Part shown: in pieces, positions 51,887 to 63,959 of the stretch
Numbering within the stretch: the first letter of the stretch is position 1
Layout: each line of letters opens with the position of its first letter
NCBI GenBank assembly: GCA_030295235.1
Contig: AP026138.1
Location: forward strand, 806,001 to 870,000
Source of the DNA: Fistulifera solaris
Taxonomy: Eukaryota
Reading direction: 5' to 3'
Length of the DNA stretch: 64,000 nt
Notes under the pieces: model-generated
What the model was told of the DNA's origin: nothing
The model's input: only the letters and a program-made list of their open reading frames with translations
Databases searched by the model: none
Translations under genes and position numbers: made by a program

Positions 51887-52874
51887 GTTTTTATAGATTG
51901 TGTAACATCATTATTATTATTTTACCATCGCAATCATCGTTGCTCGTCTTCGGTGTATTCCTCATTATTACTCCGTATAATACAGTTCCTCATGACTCCT
52001 CACTCATGACTCAAAACTCATGACCTATCGGTACTACGGGGTGACTACTGTCAAGGGTGTTCGATGTTCGATGTCATTACTCCGACTACGTAGTATGTAA
52101 ATTTTTGTCTCACTATTTACTATCTCCAAAATAATGAAAAGCAAGAAAAGCCTAAAGGTTAAAGCTGTTTCAGGATTGGGGTCATCCAAACCATCTGGAT
52201 CGGATTACTATTAAGTACTAAGTAGATGATCTCAGAAGATAGCAAAAAAAGAAATTCTGCACGACAACTTTTATAGCCATTTCTCCGGATCCAAAGAACT
52301 TATGTCTTCATCAAATTTCTCTCTTTCCCAACTTCCAACAACAAGGCAACAAACAACTGCGAACCTGAGACGTCTATTCTCAAGACGTTGTTGCACAAAT
52401 TCATAAGTCGAAGGAAAAGCATTGGTACCATGAAAGTATCCGACGATCCGAGGCCTCGCTCGTTGACGAACGAGCTGCGGTTATCCAGCCCGTCGTCCCT
52501 GCCGGAGGTCCATGACAATTTAACGCACTCTACGGCCCGTTTTATCGAGGCAAGTCAAAAGAAGAGTCGCGTCGGCGACTGATTGACACTCTCACGCAGG
52601 CGCTAGCTTTGCTCAAGGAGGACATGGAAGGAGGTCCTGGCGACAAGCTGTAATTTTCTTCTTGAAGAATTGCAATCGCCATCTTGATGCTACCATCGAC
52701 AGCAACGAATAAAAGTCATGTTGGACTTTCTTCCAAGTTATGAAACGATTACGGAGCATTATGTTGTTGTCGCATGATATTTTACATGCATTATTTTAGC
52801 ACCTTGCTAGGCGTTTGTTCCAAAATCGTAGTCGGTTTGAGGAGGCAGGAGAGACTTCGGTGACATTATTTCCA

Positions 52875-53076
52875 CTAGCCGCCTTCGGCGTCTAGCCCCT
52901 GCAGGGCTTTTTTCGTTCTCGCCCTTCCCGCAAGCGGGGGGCTCGATCCCCGGGGATAGCGTCAAACCCGTGATTCAGACACCCGGGAGCGCGTTACGTT
53001 ACGTGACACACACACACACGCACACACACGGACACAGCGCGCTATTATAAATAGACTACGGAGTATTATAAATAGA
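52875..53076 (-). mobile_element. Short non-autonomous Helitron (~202 bp)
   Basis: Minus strand: host A, then 5'-TCTATTTATAATA..., (GT)n tract, GC-rich hairpins, ...CGCCGAAGGCGGCTAG-3', then host T. Confidence 0.75.
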
Positions 53077-53709
53077 TGATTCCTCGGTCTTCCTGCTCTC
53101 CTTCCTTTCTGAACAACATCCAGCTAACATACCAGTAAGCTTAGACGCCAAGGATTGAGTCGTGGATATCACTCTTTTGTCACGAGTTCGTGGTGACGTC
53201 GATGATGCAGAAAATCACACGACGTCTGCATGAATCTACTACGGCGTACTACGGCGTACAGTACGTAAATGCTCCGAAATGGTTTGTCTCTGTTTCACTT
53301 TCATCGACGTCGCCCGTTTTTTTGCGCCTTGGAACGTGTGTTCGACTCCGACTGCCATGACGCAATCAATGACTGTATAAATCGTGATTCGTTGATTATC
53401 TCAAAGTAATAAGAGTACAAACAATACCGTATAAGCAAGCAACGACCGGGGGGAAGGACGTTATAATTCTTCCTTCCAGTAAAAGATTCCACGTAGCGTC
53501 CACGACGAGGCAGAAATTTAACGCCGTTTCAGACAAGTCCACGACTGGAGTGGAAAGCGCAAAACAAAAGCGTTCCGTTGCCCATCAACTTTTTCGAACA
53601 TTCCGCACCACGCATTGTATTTTCGTTTCCCTATCTTCTATCTTCTCGATTTCATTGTAAAAGCTTTAAAAGGGAAACATCGGGTTTTAAATACAACAAC
53701 AAAGTCAAC

Positions 53710-54681
53710 ATGCTGCTTCACTTGTTTCTCGTTTTACTCACTTGGGCGACGCCTTTCTCTGTGGATGCCTTTTCCGTTCACCAGCAACCACGCCATCGAA
53801 TCTCCTTGTCGCCTCTCTCCTTCTCCATTCCTTCTTCTATTGATATATCAGATATTTCCTCTTCCGTTTCATCATCGACCCTCTTTATCAGTGGCGATGA
53901 ATCGCTGATCGAAAGCACGATACAGGCAGCTGCAACCCAATTGATGGAAGCAAAGCTGTTTACGGGTATGGCGCATTTGACTTTGGATCTCGCCGCTTTT
54001 GTATCCCGTGGAACGGCGTGGTTACGTCTCGGTGCGGTGATGGGACGTCTCTTTGTCATCGGAGCGGATTACATTCCCGATCATTCCGTCAATACGGATG
54101 AGTTTGTGTTTCAAGTGTCGATGATGTCCATTTCTCTGATTGGACTCATACACTCGATACTTCCTGCGCTTCTTGCAATGACTCTTCCCACCAGCAAGGA
54201 AACTTTGATAAAAGATGGACGTGCTTTCCAAGTTCTTTTCCGAAATGTCGGTCTCACTTGGTTTCAATACAAGTCACTGGTGGCATCTCAGGCTTTGGAA
54301 TGGGTCACCGTACCTCCGGGGCAAGTCATCACTAGCGAAGATGACAATCAGAAGGACGACGGAGTTTACTGGTTGTATCAAGGCGAAGTGCGAGTTGCAT
54401 CACAAGGGCAATATTTGCACAATGTGACGCGTCGCGTGGCACCTCGCCTCTCGGATGCTAGTTTGGGTCTCTTTGGAGAAACACGCTTGGTAGAAGACTC
54501 GCAAAGTTTCCCACCTACGACTCTCACGGCTGGAGAAAGCGGGGCAATTTTGTTGCGTATTCGATCCGAAAAGCTCAAGTCACTCATGTCCCATGATGTT
54601 CATATTGCTGAATCAGTGCGGAAACTGCTCTTTCGCAGCATGCAAGACAAGCTCAAAGCTGCCCTTCTTGTGCAGTCGTAA
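53710..54681 (+). CDS. Plastid-targeted membrane protein with a cyclic-nucleotide-binding/Popeye-like domain
   Basis: Signal peptide then VDA-F, 2-3 TM segments, and F..VGLTW.QYK...V.PGQVI...VYWLYQGEVRV...GLFGE...AILLRI. Confidence 0.6.
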   Translation: MLLHLFLVLLTWATPFSVDAFSVHQQPRHRISLSPLSFSIPSSIDISDISSSVSSSTLFISGDESLIESTIQAAATQLMEAKLFTGMAHLTLDLAAFVSRGTAWLRLGAVMGRLFVIGADYIPDHSVNTDEFVFQVSMMSISLIGLIHSILPALLAMTLPTSKETLIKDGRAFQVLFRNVGLTWFQYKSLVASQALEWVTVPPGQVITSEDDNQKDDGVYWLYQGEVRVASQGQYLHNVTRRVAPRLSDASLGLFGETRLVEDSQSFPPTTLTAGESGAILLRIRSEKLKSLMSHDVHIAESVRKLLFRSMQDKLKAALLVQS

Positions 54682-55353
54682 CTCGACGATATTTCTTCCA
54701 CCTTTTTGCTCATACATGCGTGCATGATCTCGAATACAATTCATATAGACATAGACGATAGATAAAGATGACTTTTTACAGTATTAGATGCCTTAATTCA
54801 GAACGACTAGTTCAATAACAGTATTTTGCAAAGGAAGCTTTAGTTTTTCGAAGCGTCAATCGATGACTCAGCACCCAGCAAACAAGACTGAGTTGAAAGC
54901 CAAGAGGTGAAACTCCGACCAGCCAATCAAATTCCAAATTCCAACGGTTCGTGTTTTGTGGATCAAATAATTCGTTCGATAATCGGGTGGATGGACGGAC
55001 GTTTCATGTCATGAGTTGTGCGTTGTAAGTAGTCGTGATTAGTTGAGCAGATGGCCCTAAAACGCATCAAAGAAACGCTTGATACTTGCAGTACTGATGG
55101 AACGATACGATGGTTTTCCACGAGAAACACGAGATGATGAAAGTAGGGAAGATTTCGACGTTCGAGTTTCGATTGTGTCAACACTATTACCAAACTTCCT
55201 GAAGTTTCGTTGATTGTATCCATCATGAATCTATGAAAGGTCAATCATATAACAAATGTGATGCCTTCGCCGTAATCCTTGTAAAGATCGCAATCTACAG
55301 GCTGTATCAACACATTCATAGCATCGGGTGGCGCCTTTCAAATATCGATCACC

Positions 55354-56930
55354 ATGGAAGATTACGAAGAAGGAGTTCAATGGTATGTTCGCTGTTGCAA
55401 TCTTAATCATTTATGTATCCAAGCTCGACGCTTTTCGTTATTAATTTTGATTGGTTGCACCTATAACTAATTTAAAATCTTCATCTTACCGAATTACTAA
55501 ACGCCACATTTTGCCTCATTTTCTTGCTTTCCATTATTTCAGGAAAAAGTACAACGAGTACAAGATCACTGTCGATCCTTACCAAGATGACAAGGCTACG
55601 GAAATCAAATTGTGCAGTTTCGCTCGTCCGCACATGCGCGCCTTTCACATGGCATGGATCGGATTTCACATGGCGTTTTTCATTTGGTTCTCGGCGTCAC
55701 CACTTCTTTCCGAAATTCGGGAAGATTTGGGCCTCACAAAGAAACAGATATGGAGCACATCGGTGATTGCGGTCGGTGGAACCATATTGTTTCGCTTCAT
55801 TATGGGTCCCGTGTGTGACAAAGTGGGGCCGCGCATCCCCTTCGCCTGTGTCCTCATGTTTTGTTCCATTCCGACGGGTCTGACCGGTCTCGCCAACAGC
55901 TTCAACTCTCTACTGTTCATTCGATTGCTGATTGGTATTGCCGGATGCACGTTTGTCATGTGCCAATATTGGACGAGTCGTATGTTTACCAAGAATGTCG
56001 TCGGCACGGCCAACGCGATGGTGGGCGGATGGGGGAATCTGGGCGGCGGCGTGACGCAGCTCGTGGTCGGATCACTGCTCTTTCCGCTGTTCAAAATCTT
56101 TTATGATGGCGACTCGGAAAAGGCGTGGCGTACGGTTTGCGTCGTCCCGGCGGTCATCACCTTTCTCGTAGCCCTTTTGATCTTATGGATTACAGAAGAC
56201 GCTCCCAAGGGCAATTACGGCGACATGAAGAGACATGGTGTCATGCCCGATATATCCGCTGCAGCATCATTTCGGTCGGGAGCTCTGAATTTGAATACTT
56301 GGATTTTGTTCTTTCAATACGCCTGTTGCTTTGGTGTCGAGTTGACGATGCAAAATGCGGCAGCACTCTATTTCACGGATGAATTCGGACAGTCGACCGA
56401 GTCGTCGGCCGCCATTGCTTCGATCTTTGGCTGGATGAATTTGTTTGCGCGTGCCATGGGCGGTTTTTTCGAGTGACTGGGCGAATCGCAAGATGGGGAT
56501 GAAGGGTCGCATTCTCGTTCATACCATTTGTCTCTTTGGCGAAGGTGCATTGGTCGTTGTCTTTGCGAATACACAATCACTGGTTGGTTCAATTTGTATA
56601 ATGATTTGTTTTGCGATTTGCGGGCAAGCTGCGGCCGGTACATCGTTTGCCATTGTGCCTTATGTGGATCCTACTGCTACCGGTTCGATTGCCGGGCTGG
56701 TGGGCGGAGGCGGTAATTGCGGTGCTGTCGCATTCGGTATGGCGTTCCGAGAGCTTTCTTACAAAGAAGCCTTTACTATTATGGGATTTTGCATTATTGG
56801 TTCCGCTGTGTTGTCGGTCTTTATCAAAATTAAAGGCTGTTCGTCGTTGTTGCTGGGTGGCGTCGACGATCGACCTGCCAAAAAGGATTCTACGCTTTCC
56901 GTTCCCGAGCCGCAAAAGGACGCTGCATAA
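55354..56930 (+). CDS. NRT2: High-affinity nitrate transporter, copy A (intron 55383-55542; indel near 56465)
   Basis: FARPHMRAFH, VGGWGNLGGG (nitrate signature), CFGVELT, FGWMNLFAR, GLVGGGGNCG. Confidence 0.93.
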
Positions 56931-57641
56931 CAGAAAAATAAGCGCACCGTATCTTTAGTGTGAAAAGCACGCTTCGATTGCTTTTTCATGGTGTCTTGTC
57001 TACACTACGGAGTAATTAGTCATCATTAGGTTTCACTCGTCACGAGAAAAAAATGGTCTCAACGATATCATTGAATTGCAATAAGGTTAAAAATAGGCGA
57101 AAGACAGGACAAAAATCGTCATCGGCTTTGAAGTTGCTGCTTCCGGAACCACACATTCTTCTTTTCCGAAGGAACTTGGCGGCTGTCCAAGAACTTCCGG
57201 AAGCATCCAATGACGGACCGGTTCTGCTTGTACACATTGAGGGAGTCAAGTAGTGTTTTTGTTCTTCAATGACGAGCATTTTTACGCCACGCATGCAACG
57301 AAGTCGGCAGTACTTTGAGCTTCGAATTGACGAGACGTCTGAGACACTTGACTGTAGAATAAATTGAACACCTCATCTACAGTGAGTCGTATACAAGATA
57401 CGTGGTGGACGCAGAACCGGTACTCGATACTACTGCGAAAAACGAACTTCCTGAAGTTCGTGTCCTTGCTTCTGTCGCGCATTTCGGAAGTGCGACAACG
57501 ACGTTTTCAAAACCATTTTCCCATTCACCATCCACTGCGTTTTTTCTTGTTGTCGATGAGCTCACATTTTTGACATTGTTTCACTTTTTATCTTTCTTTT
57601 TGATATTCACTTTTGAAACTAATTTTGTGTGAAACGAAACG

Positions 57642-59128
57642 ATGGCTGAAACAGGAGAAGCAACCGAATGGTAAGTGAATCAATGCGATCTCTGTATTAA
57701 CCGACCCGAAAAAAGATACCTTACATTTCATCGGCTCGTCTCTTTAGGAAAAAGTACAGCGAGTACAAGGTCAACGTTGACCCGGACCAAGATGATAAGG
57801 CGACCGAGATTAAGCTCTTTAGCATTGCCCGACCGCACATGCGTGCTTTCCACATGTCGTGGTTTGGTTTTTTCATGGCGTTCTTCATTTGGTTCTCTGC
57901 CGCGCCTCTCCTTTCCGAGATACGTGGTGACCTAGGACTCACCAAAAAACAGATTTGGAGCACCTCTGTCATTGCCGTGGGAGGAACCATCTTGTTTCGT
58001 TTCATTATGGGTCCTTTGTGCGACAAATTCGGACCCCGTCTTCCCTTTGTCGGTGTGCTCATGTTTGCATCGATTCCGACGGGTCTGACGGGTCTCGCCA
58101 ACAGCTTCAACTCTCTTCTCATCATTCGATTGCTCATTGGGATCGCCGGATGTACCTTTGTTATGTGTCAGTATTGGACGACGCGCATGTTCACCAAGAG
58201 TGTCGTCGGTACGGCCAACGCCACGGTCGGTGGATGGGGAAACTTGGGTGGAGGTGTCACACAGTTGGTGGTGGGATCCATTCTGTTTCCTCTTTTCAAG
58301 GTTATCTACGATGGCGACTCGGAAAAAGCCTGGCGTACAGTCTTTGTTGTTCCTGCCGTTGTTACTTTCTCGGTAGCGGTATGCATGTTGCTATTCTCCG
58401 AAGATGCTCCCAAGGGAAACTACGGTGAAATGAAGAAGCATGGTGTCATGCCCGAAGTGTCGGCGGCTGCCTCTTTTCGTGCGGCGAGTTTCAACTTTAA
58501 CACGTGGATCTTGTTCCTTCAATATGCCGCCTGCTTTGGTGTTGAACTCACCATGAATAACGCCGCTGCGCTCTATTTCACGGATGAATTCGGTCAATCG
58601 ACAGAGTCGGCTGCCGCGATTGCTTCTATCTTTGGCTGGATGAACTTGTTTGCGCGTGGTATGGGTGGTGTTTTCAGTGATCTATTCAATGCAAAGATGG
58701 GAATGAAGGGTCGTATTTTGATCCACACTTTGTTCTTGTTGGGAGAAGGAATCCTCGTCATGGTCTTTGCCAACACCAAGACCATGTCGAGTGCGATTGT
58801 TGTCATGATCTTTTTCTCTCTTTGTGTGCAAGCCGCCGAGGGTACGTCTTTCGGAATTGTGCCGTACATTGACCCACCGGCAACGGGTGCGATCTCGGGT
58901 TTGGTCGGTGGAGGTGGAAACTGTGGAGCGGTTGCCTTTGGCATGGCATTCCGCGAGTTGTCCTACGAGAAGGCCTTTATGATTATGGGTTTCTTCATTA
59001 TTGGGTCGGCCATTTTGTCCCTCTTTATCAAGATCAAAGGCTGCTCTTCGTTGATTCTCGGTGGAGAAGATGTGTCCCCTTCTGCAAAGACGACTCTTGA
59101 AGTTCCTGAACCAGAGCAGGAAGCCTGA
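57642..59128 (+). CDS. NRT2: High-affinity nitrate transporter, copy B (intron 57671-57747)
   Basis: Intact ORF with the same motifs. Intron at the same Trp codon as in copy A. Confidence 0.96.
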
Positions 59129-59384
59129 GGACGGGCCCCAGGATCCGTATTTTGAAAGTTACGCTGTTTTTATCTTTTGGTTTGTAAGTGTCATTTTACC
59201 AACGGCACAGTAACCGACGTAATTTAGTTTATACTACATGACTTGAAATCACTTGCGTACTGCCGTTCAATCGCTTTGAATTGATGTTTTCATGATCAAA
59301 CACCGCCAAGACTAGCAACACTACAATGCATTTCGTTTCCGTATAAATCTATTCGACAGTCTAACTATAGTTTACAATACGATC

Positions 59385-60521
59385 TCATTGCTTGGCACAA
59401 TCCACCGACAAAAAGGATCGCGTCAATCGTTTTGGTGGTCCATGACAATGCCGTCCCAGTATCGCTTCTAACCTTTGTGTAACATTGCCGACACTCGCTG
59501 CAATCGACCGCAACGATCCGTTCGGTCCACCCGCCGTGCAATCACTGATCCAGACACTCTCATCGGCTCGAGCGCGCAAAAAACACAGTTGCGGATGTTC
59601 GAAAATAGCATCTTCATTGTGCAGCACTTGTCGGATCGCGGGGAAAATGGTGTAATTCAAAAATCGTTCTTCGTGCAATCCCCAACCCGGATCATGTTTC
59701 GCAATAAATTGTACATGCTCTTCGATGCGAGGAAATCGTTCCGTCGCCCAAATCCGGACGGCGTCGTACGGACCATACACCATTCGATCACTGATGGGAT
59801 ACTTTCCGAATCCTGGTATCACGATGCGCTGTTCATTTGCGTATTCATTTAATCGTAGCGGTGTCAAATAAACGACATCGGACCGCAAGAGAGCAACTTC
59901 ATCATAGACATATCCCTGTTGTTGACTCGTGTGCTCCATCAATTTCCAGACGCTCTGTATCGAATGCCACATTTTGAAGATATTGACCATTGTTTGATAA
60001 TTGTATGTCTTTGCTTTCCAGGGAAAATAGAGTGGCCGATTCGTTTGTGGATGTTTCGTGTGATTGACTCGTTGTAACAGTGTCTCGTAAAGCGGCCAAA
60101 ATTGTGTTTCGGGTTCGGCTTGTATATAACTGACCGTCACATACTTCTGTAATTGATAAATTTCATCGGGTCGTAAAGTTCCTCCTTGTCCTGATCGCCC
60201 CGCAGCTTCTTGTGTTTGTTGATAAAAATGTACGTAAACATGACAATTGGGATTGTGCAACAAAATGTTTTGTCGAATCGAGGGAAGAACGAGGGAAGTA
60301 AAAGCTCGCGGTAATCCGAAGAACAGCAATGCACACGTCGGTTTTGTTGCGTTATTAGCGTCAAAGAGAAGAGAGTCAGGAAGATTGTTGCTGTTGTTTA
60401 AATGACTGGGATACAGCGAAACTCGCCATGACAAATGACATTGCAATGCGAGTAACAGAACTGCCAAAAGAAGGAGTAGAGCTTGCAAGAGAGCCATTAA
60501 AGGGACTTTTGTCTTTTTCAT
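59385..60521 (-). CDS. Type II membrane hypothetical protein, glycosyltransferase-like
   Basis: N-terminal anchor, CALLFFGLPR, YDEVALLRSDVVY, ISDRMVYG, LHEERFL. The fold assignment is inference. Confidence 0.6.
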   Translation of the reverse strand: MKKTKVPLMALLQALLLLLAVLLLALQCHLSWRVSLYPSHLNNSNNLPDSLLFDANNATKPTCALLFFGLPRAFTSLVLPSIRQNILLHNPNCHVYVHFYQQTQEAAGRSGQGGTLRPDEIYQLQKYVTVSYIQAEPETQFWPLYETLLQRVNHTKHPQTNRPLYFPWKAKTYNYQTMVNIFKMWHSIQSVWKLMEHTSQQQGYVYDEVALLRSDVVYLTPLRLNEYANEQRIVIPGFGKYPISDRMVYGPYDAVRIWATERFPRIEEHVQFIAKHDPGWGLHEERFLNYTIFPAIRQVLHNEDAIFEHPQLCFLRARADESVWISDCTAGGPNGSLRSIAASVGNVTQRLEAILGRHCHGPPKRLTRSFLSVDCAKQ

Positions 60522-61372
60522 TGTGTAATTGTCGATTTTTTGCGGTATTGTTTGTTATGGCAAGGCAACAAATTTGTTTAATGATGCTTTTATTGCCCTT
60601 CAAACCGGTCAATGCGATATTTTGTTGCGTTTGCTTTTTTGTTGCGACACTTTCGACGTTCGTTTCAATCCGGCACTTTGCAACGGAAAATACATGTCCG
60701 AGTGCGTATGACATAATAAAGTCGCGTTTTCCGTAAAGCAACAGTTTGAGCCATAGTAAATAGGGACGAAATCGATGACTATTTTTTTATTTTTAATAGT
60801 ATTTTTTTAGTCTGACGGAAAGATTCGGTACGCCTTTATTACTAATTGGCGAATTGAAAACTCGTTACTTAGCAACCGAGCCGACAAAACTCAGCGTTGC
60901 TTGCAGTCTGGCTCAAAACATCAGATTCGTGACAGCTTTTTGCAGTCGTGTTTCCCTAGAACTAACACTTTGTGCTATAGTATCCAAGGACAAAATCGAT
61001 CAAGACAATTTGACGAAAACAAACAACCGATGCTCAATTTTAAACTCAAATGACGTTAGGAACTTATGATATGCAGTTTTGATTATTAGCAACCAATACG
61101 AGAGAAATTGCATTTTGGTAGCAGTTCGAAGCAGTTCGGCTCACAATCCGATTTGAGTAGTCATGACTGAAATTGTAGTCGTGTTTCCGCAGAACCATCA
61201 ATTTGAGCTATAGTACCTTTTCCGGACTTTCCACAGCCACCTAAAAATTTTTATAACCTTTCGGAAAGAATAATCGACGCACAACAGAAAGCATCACACA
61301 ACTCTCATTTAAGTCCTTTGTACAACAGTCTTCTTTCCCTTCTGTTTCTTTCTAACTTACTACTTCAATTCA

Positions 61373-63082
61373 ATGAGCTCTATTCGTACATTGCCTCATA
61401 TATCCATCCGCAACGACACACGCACGACCAGTCTCGTCGAACGATCCTTCGTGCGACAAAGTGCCCTTTCGACTCCTCGCGCTCTCCGCACCGACGGCCG
61501 TTCTTGGAACGAAGGACGACCGCAACGAGTCCAATTGCTGCGCAGCGACAATACAGCACACGCCACGGTACAATGGGGCGCCGGAACACGCGTCACGTGC
61601 TCGTGTACGGCACAAGTGATACCGCCGTATCCGGATCGTCCGCAGGAAGGAATTGTATCCCTCAGTGTCGATGCTTCACCGAGTGCGTCGACGGCGTTTC
61701 GGAATGCACCGCCCGTGGCTACGACGCGTTCGGAATTTAGCTCAAACACGAATAATACGATCATGGACGAGACCCAAAAAGCTTGGACAAATCGTATATT
61801 ACGAGCGCTCGAACGGATTCTATTAACGGGCGGGGCACTGGATTCGGAAGCCTTGTGCATTACACCGGAGGAGTGGGCGTGGAAGCTCGAACTCAATTTA
61901 GTATTACTCGATGCGGCCGGTGGGAATTTGATGGACGCGAGTATTTATGCGGCCATGGCGGCCTTACGGCATTATCGCAAGCCGTGTTTGGAAATGATGG
62001 GCGGGACACCGATACTGGTGGAGGCGCATATCAAAGAACCGACTCCGCTACCGTTGCATCATACACCATTGGCTTTGTCATTTGCTATTATAGCTGCGGA
62101 AGATGCGATCAAAGGATCATTGACGACGACCTCGTTTTCGGCAAATACCGACAGCCCGTCGCTGCAAATGGTCGCTCTATTGGATCCGACATTGCAGGAA
62201 GAATTGGTCGCCGACGGAAGTCTCATTACCATTGCTATGAATGTACACGGAGAAATATGTTTGGTCGATTATGCGGGAGGGTGTGAATTGGAACCCGTCA
62301 TGTTTCGGACCGTGTGTCAAACCGCCGACCAAGTATTGCGTCAGAATCTATGTCCTGGATTGGAGCAGTCATTGGAAGAAGCCGATGAACAGGCCTTGCG
62401 GGAACGATTGCAACGATTGCAGTTGCAGCAGCAGCAGCAGCAGCGTGAAGCACAGGCCGATGCGAAAAGTACCGATATGGACTGGAACACTACCGAAAGC
62501 ACGACTGTGACGACGGCTACCGCAATGGACGTGGTGTTGGATGCCGCCGTCGAACAAGCTCAAGTCCAAGCGGAAGAAGCCTACAAACGACAAGCTTTAG
62601 ATTACAATATAGGACACATGCCGACGGCTGTACGTGAAACGAAACAGCAACAAGTCAAACAGCAAGCAAATGCGCTATTGCAGTCTTTGTTGCAGTCGGT
62701 GGCACAGGAAGAGGAGCCATCATCGGTTCAAGTATCCGGATCAAATGAAACAGTAGAGCACACCAATGCGGTCGTGGAAGACGTGCCTCCTGTCAAGAAC
62801 CAAAAGATTGTCGCAGCTCCTTTAGAAACTTCAAATGCGACAGAAGCTCCCTTGCAACAAGCAGTTACAAAGACGATGAATGACGAGGATGACGATGAAG
62901 AAGACGAGCCAGTTGTGTTACAAAGCGAATTTGCTAGCATCAAACCACCTGCTAGCACCAACGACAATAAAGTGATCGCGGCTATCAGCAACGAAAAGAA
63001 TCAAGACGACGATGAAGACGACGTGGATGATTTGGCGGATGCTATACGAAAGAAGAAAAAGTCGAAGAAACCAAAGAAATAA
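61373..63082 (+). CDS. RRP45: Exosome complex component RRP45/EXOSC9
   Basis: LRTDGR, PYPDRPQEG, ALDSEALCI, LLDAAGGN..DA..AAL.HYRKP, EPTPLPLHHTP, LDPT..EE. Acidic/basic tail. Confidence 0.92.
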   Translation: MSSIRTLPHISIRNDTRTTSLVERSFVRQSALSTPRALRTDGRSWNEGRPQRVQLLRSDNTAHATVQWGAGTRVTCSCTAQVIPPYPDRPQEGIVSLSVDASPSASTAFRNAPPVATTRSEFSSNTNNTIMDETQKAWTNRILRALERILLTGGALDSEALCITPEEWAWKLELNLVLLDAAGGNLMDASIYAAMAALRHYRKPCLEMMGGTPILVEAHIKEPTPLPLHHTPLALSFAIIAAEDAIKGSLTTTSFSANTDSPSLQMVALLDPTLQEELVADGSLITIAMNVHGEICLVDYAGGCELEPVMFRTVCQTADQVLRQNLCPGLEQSLEEADEQALRERLQRLQLQQQQQQREAQADAKSTDMDWNTTESTTVTTATAMDVVLDAAVEQAQVQAEEAYKRQALDYNIGHMPTAVRETKQQQVKQQANALLQSLLQSVAQEEEPSSVQVSGSNETVEHTNAVVEDVPPVKNQKIVAAPLETSNATEAPLQQAVTKTMNDEDDDEEDEPVVLQSEFASIKPPASTNDNKVIAAISNEKNQDDDEDDVDDLADAIRKKKKSKKPKK

Positions 63083-63229
63083 ACATTGTTGGCGTAGAAT
63101 AGCTATAATTTTCCCCCACAGAAGCCGAGCTTATTATGCAATCGGCTAGCCGACTCCTCTACGCCCCATGACCATGACGATCTAGTTTATTTAACGAAAA
63201 ACCTTATTCATAGAAACTGAGCAGTTATA

Positions 63230-63710
63230 GGCGGAAACTATAAAACGGTACAGTCTTTATGATTGTACTGGAGCATGGCTTTGACAAATCATATGAATGA
63301 GTTGGATGCTTTGTTCCAGTCAATGATGGAGGAGATGTGGCCGTCAAAGGTTCAGTTAACTGGATTTGAACTGGCAGTATCTGGTAGTCATGGAAGATTT
63401 GTCACCCGTTCCGAGCAAAAAAGTCGCAACGCTCGCGGCACGATTAACAGAATATGTCGTTGCTCAAGTGAAACAAGCAAAATGAAACGACTGATGACGA
63501 GGATGAAGATGAAGACGAAGACGATGAGCCGGTGACACTGCACATCGGATTCGCTACCGTTAGAACTCCCCAGCAGGAAAGTTACAACAAACAAGCAGAT
63601 AACCATCTTATCATGTACTTATTACAAGTTGCTACACTCACAATTCCATTTCGACAATTAATCGACGAAGATAATGATTGTTGCGGCGGCGGGCATTTAC
63701 AGTATATTGC
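63230..63710 (+). pseudogene. Decayed tandem copy of the RRP45 C-terminal region
   Basis: NELDALFQSMMEEMWPSKVQLTG aligns with NALLQSLLQSVAQEEEPSSVQVSG; VVMEDLSPV with AVVEDVPPV; DDEDEDEDDEPV with DEDDDEEDEPV. The blocks are in the same order, with frameshifts. Confidence 0.65.
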
Positions 63711-63730
63711 GAGTGTCGGGAAAGCTGAAT

Positions 63731-63959
63731 TTTCACGTTCCCAGGAAATCTGGGCGATTGGTATTAACGTTGGTCCAGAAAATCTGGACCAGTTGTAGTT
63801 TCGCGTTCCCAGGAAATCTGGGTGATTGGTATTTACGTTGGTCCAGAAAATCTGGACCAGTTGTAGTTTCGCGTTCCCAGGAAATCTGGGTGATTGGTAT
63901 TTACGTTGGTCCAGAAAATCTGGACCAGTTGTAGTTCTCGCTTTCCCAGGAAATCTGGG
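63731..63959. repeat. 68-bp minisatellite, ~3.3 copies, two hairpins per unit
   Basis: CCAGGAAATC at 63741, 63809, 63877 and 63946. Each unit has TGGTCCAGA-AAA-TCTGGACCA and CCCAG-GAAAT-CTGGG. Confidence 0.93.

Noticed and set aside
51989..52025. Three CTCATGAC repeats upstream of ADAL as bZIP sites
   Set aside because: Too short to distinguish from local slippage duplication without functional data.
52290..52660. Short coding-like fragment upstream of the Helitron end
   Set aside because: Interrupted by stops, with no recognisable motif; cannot support a gene call.
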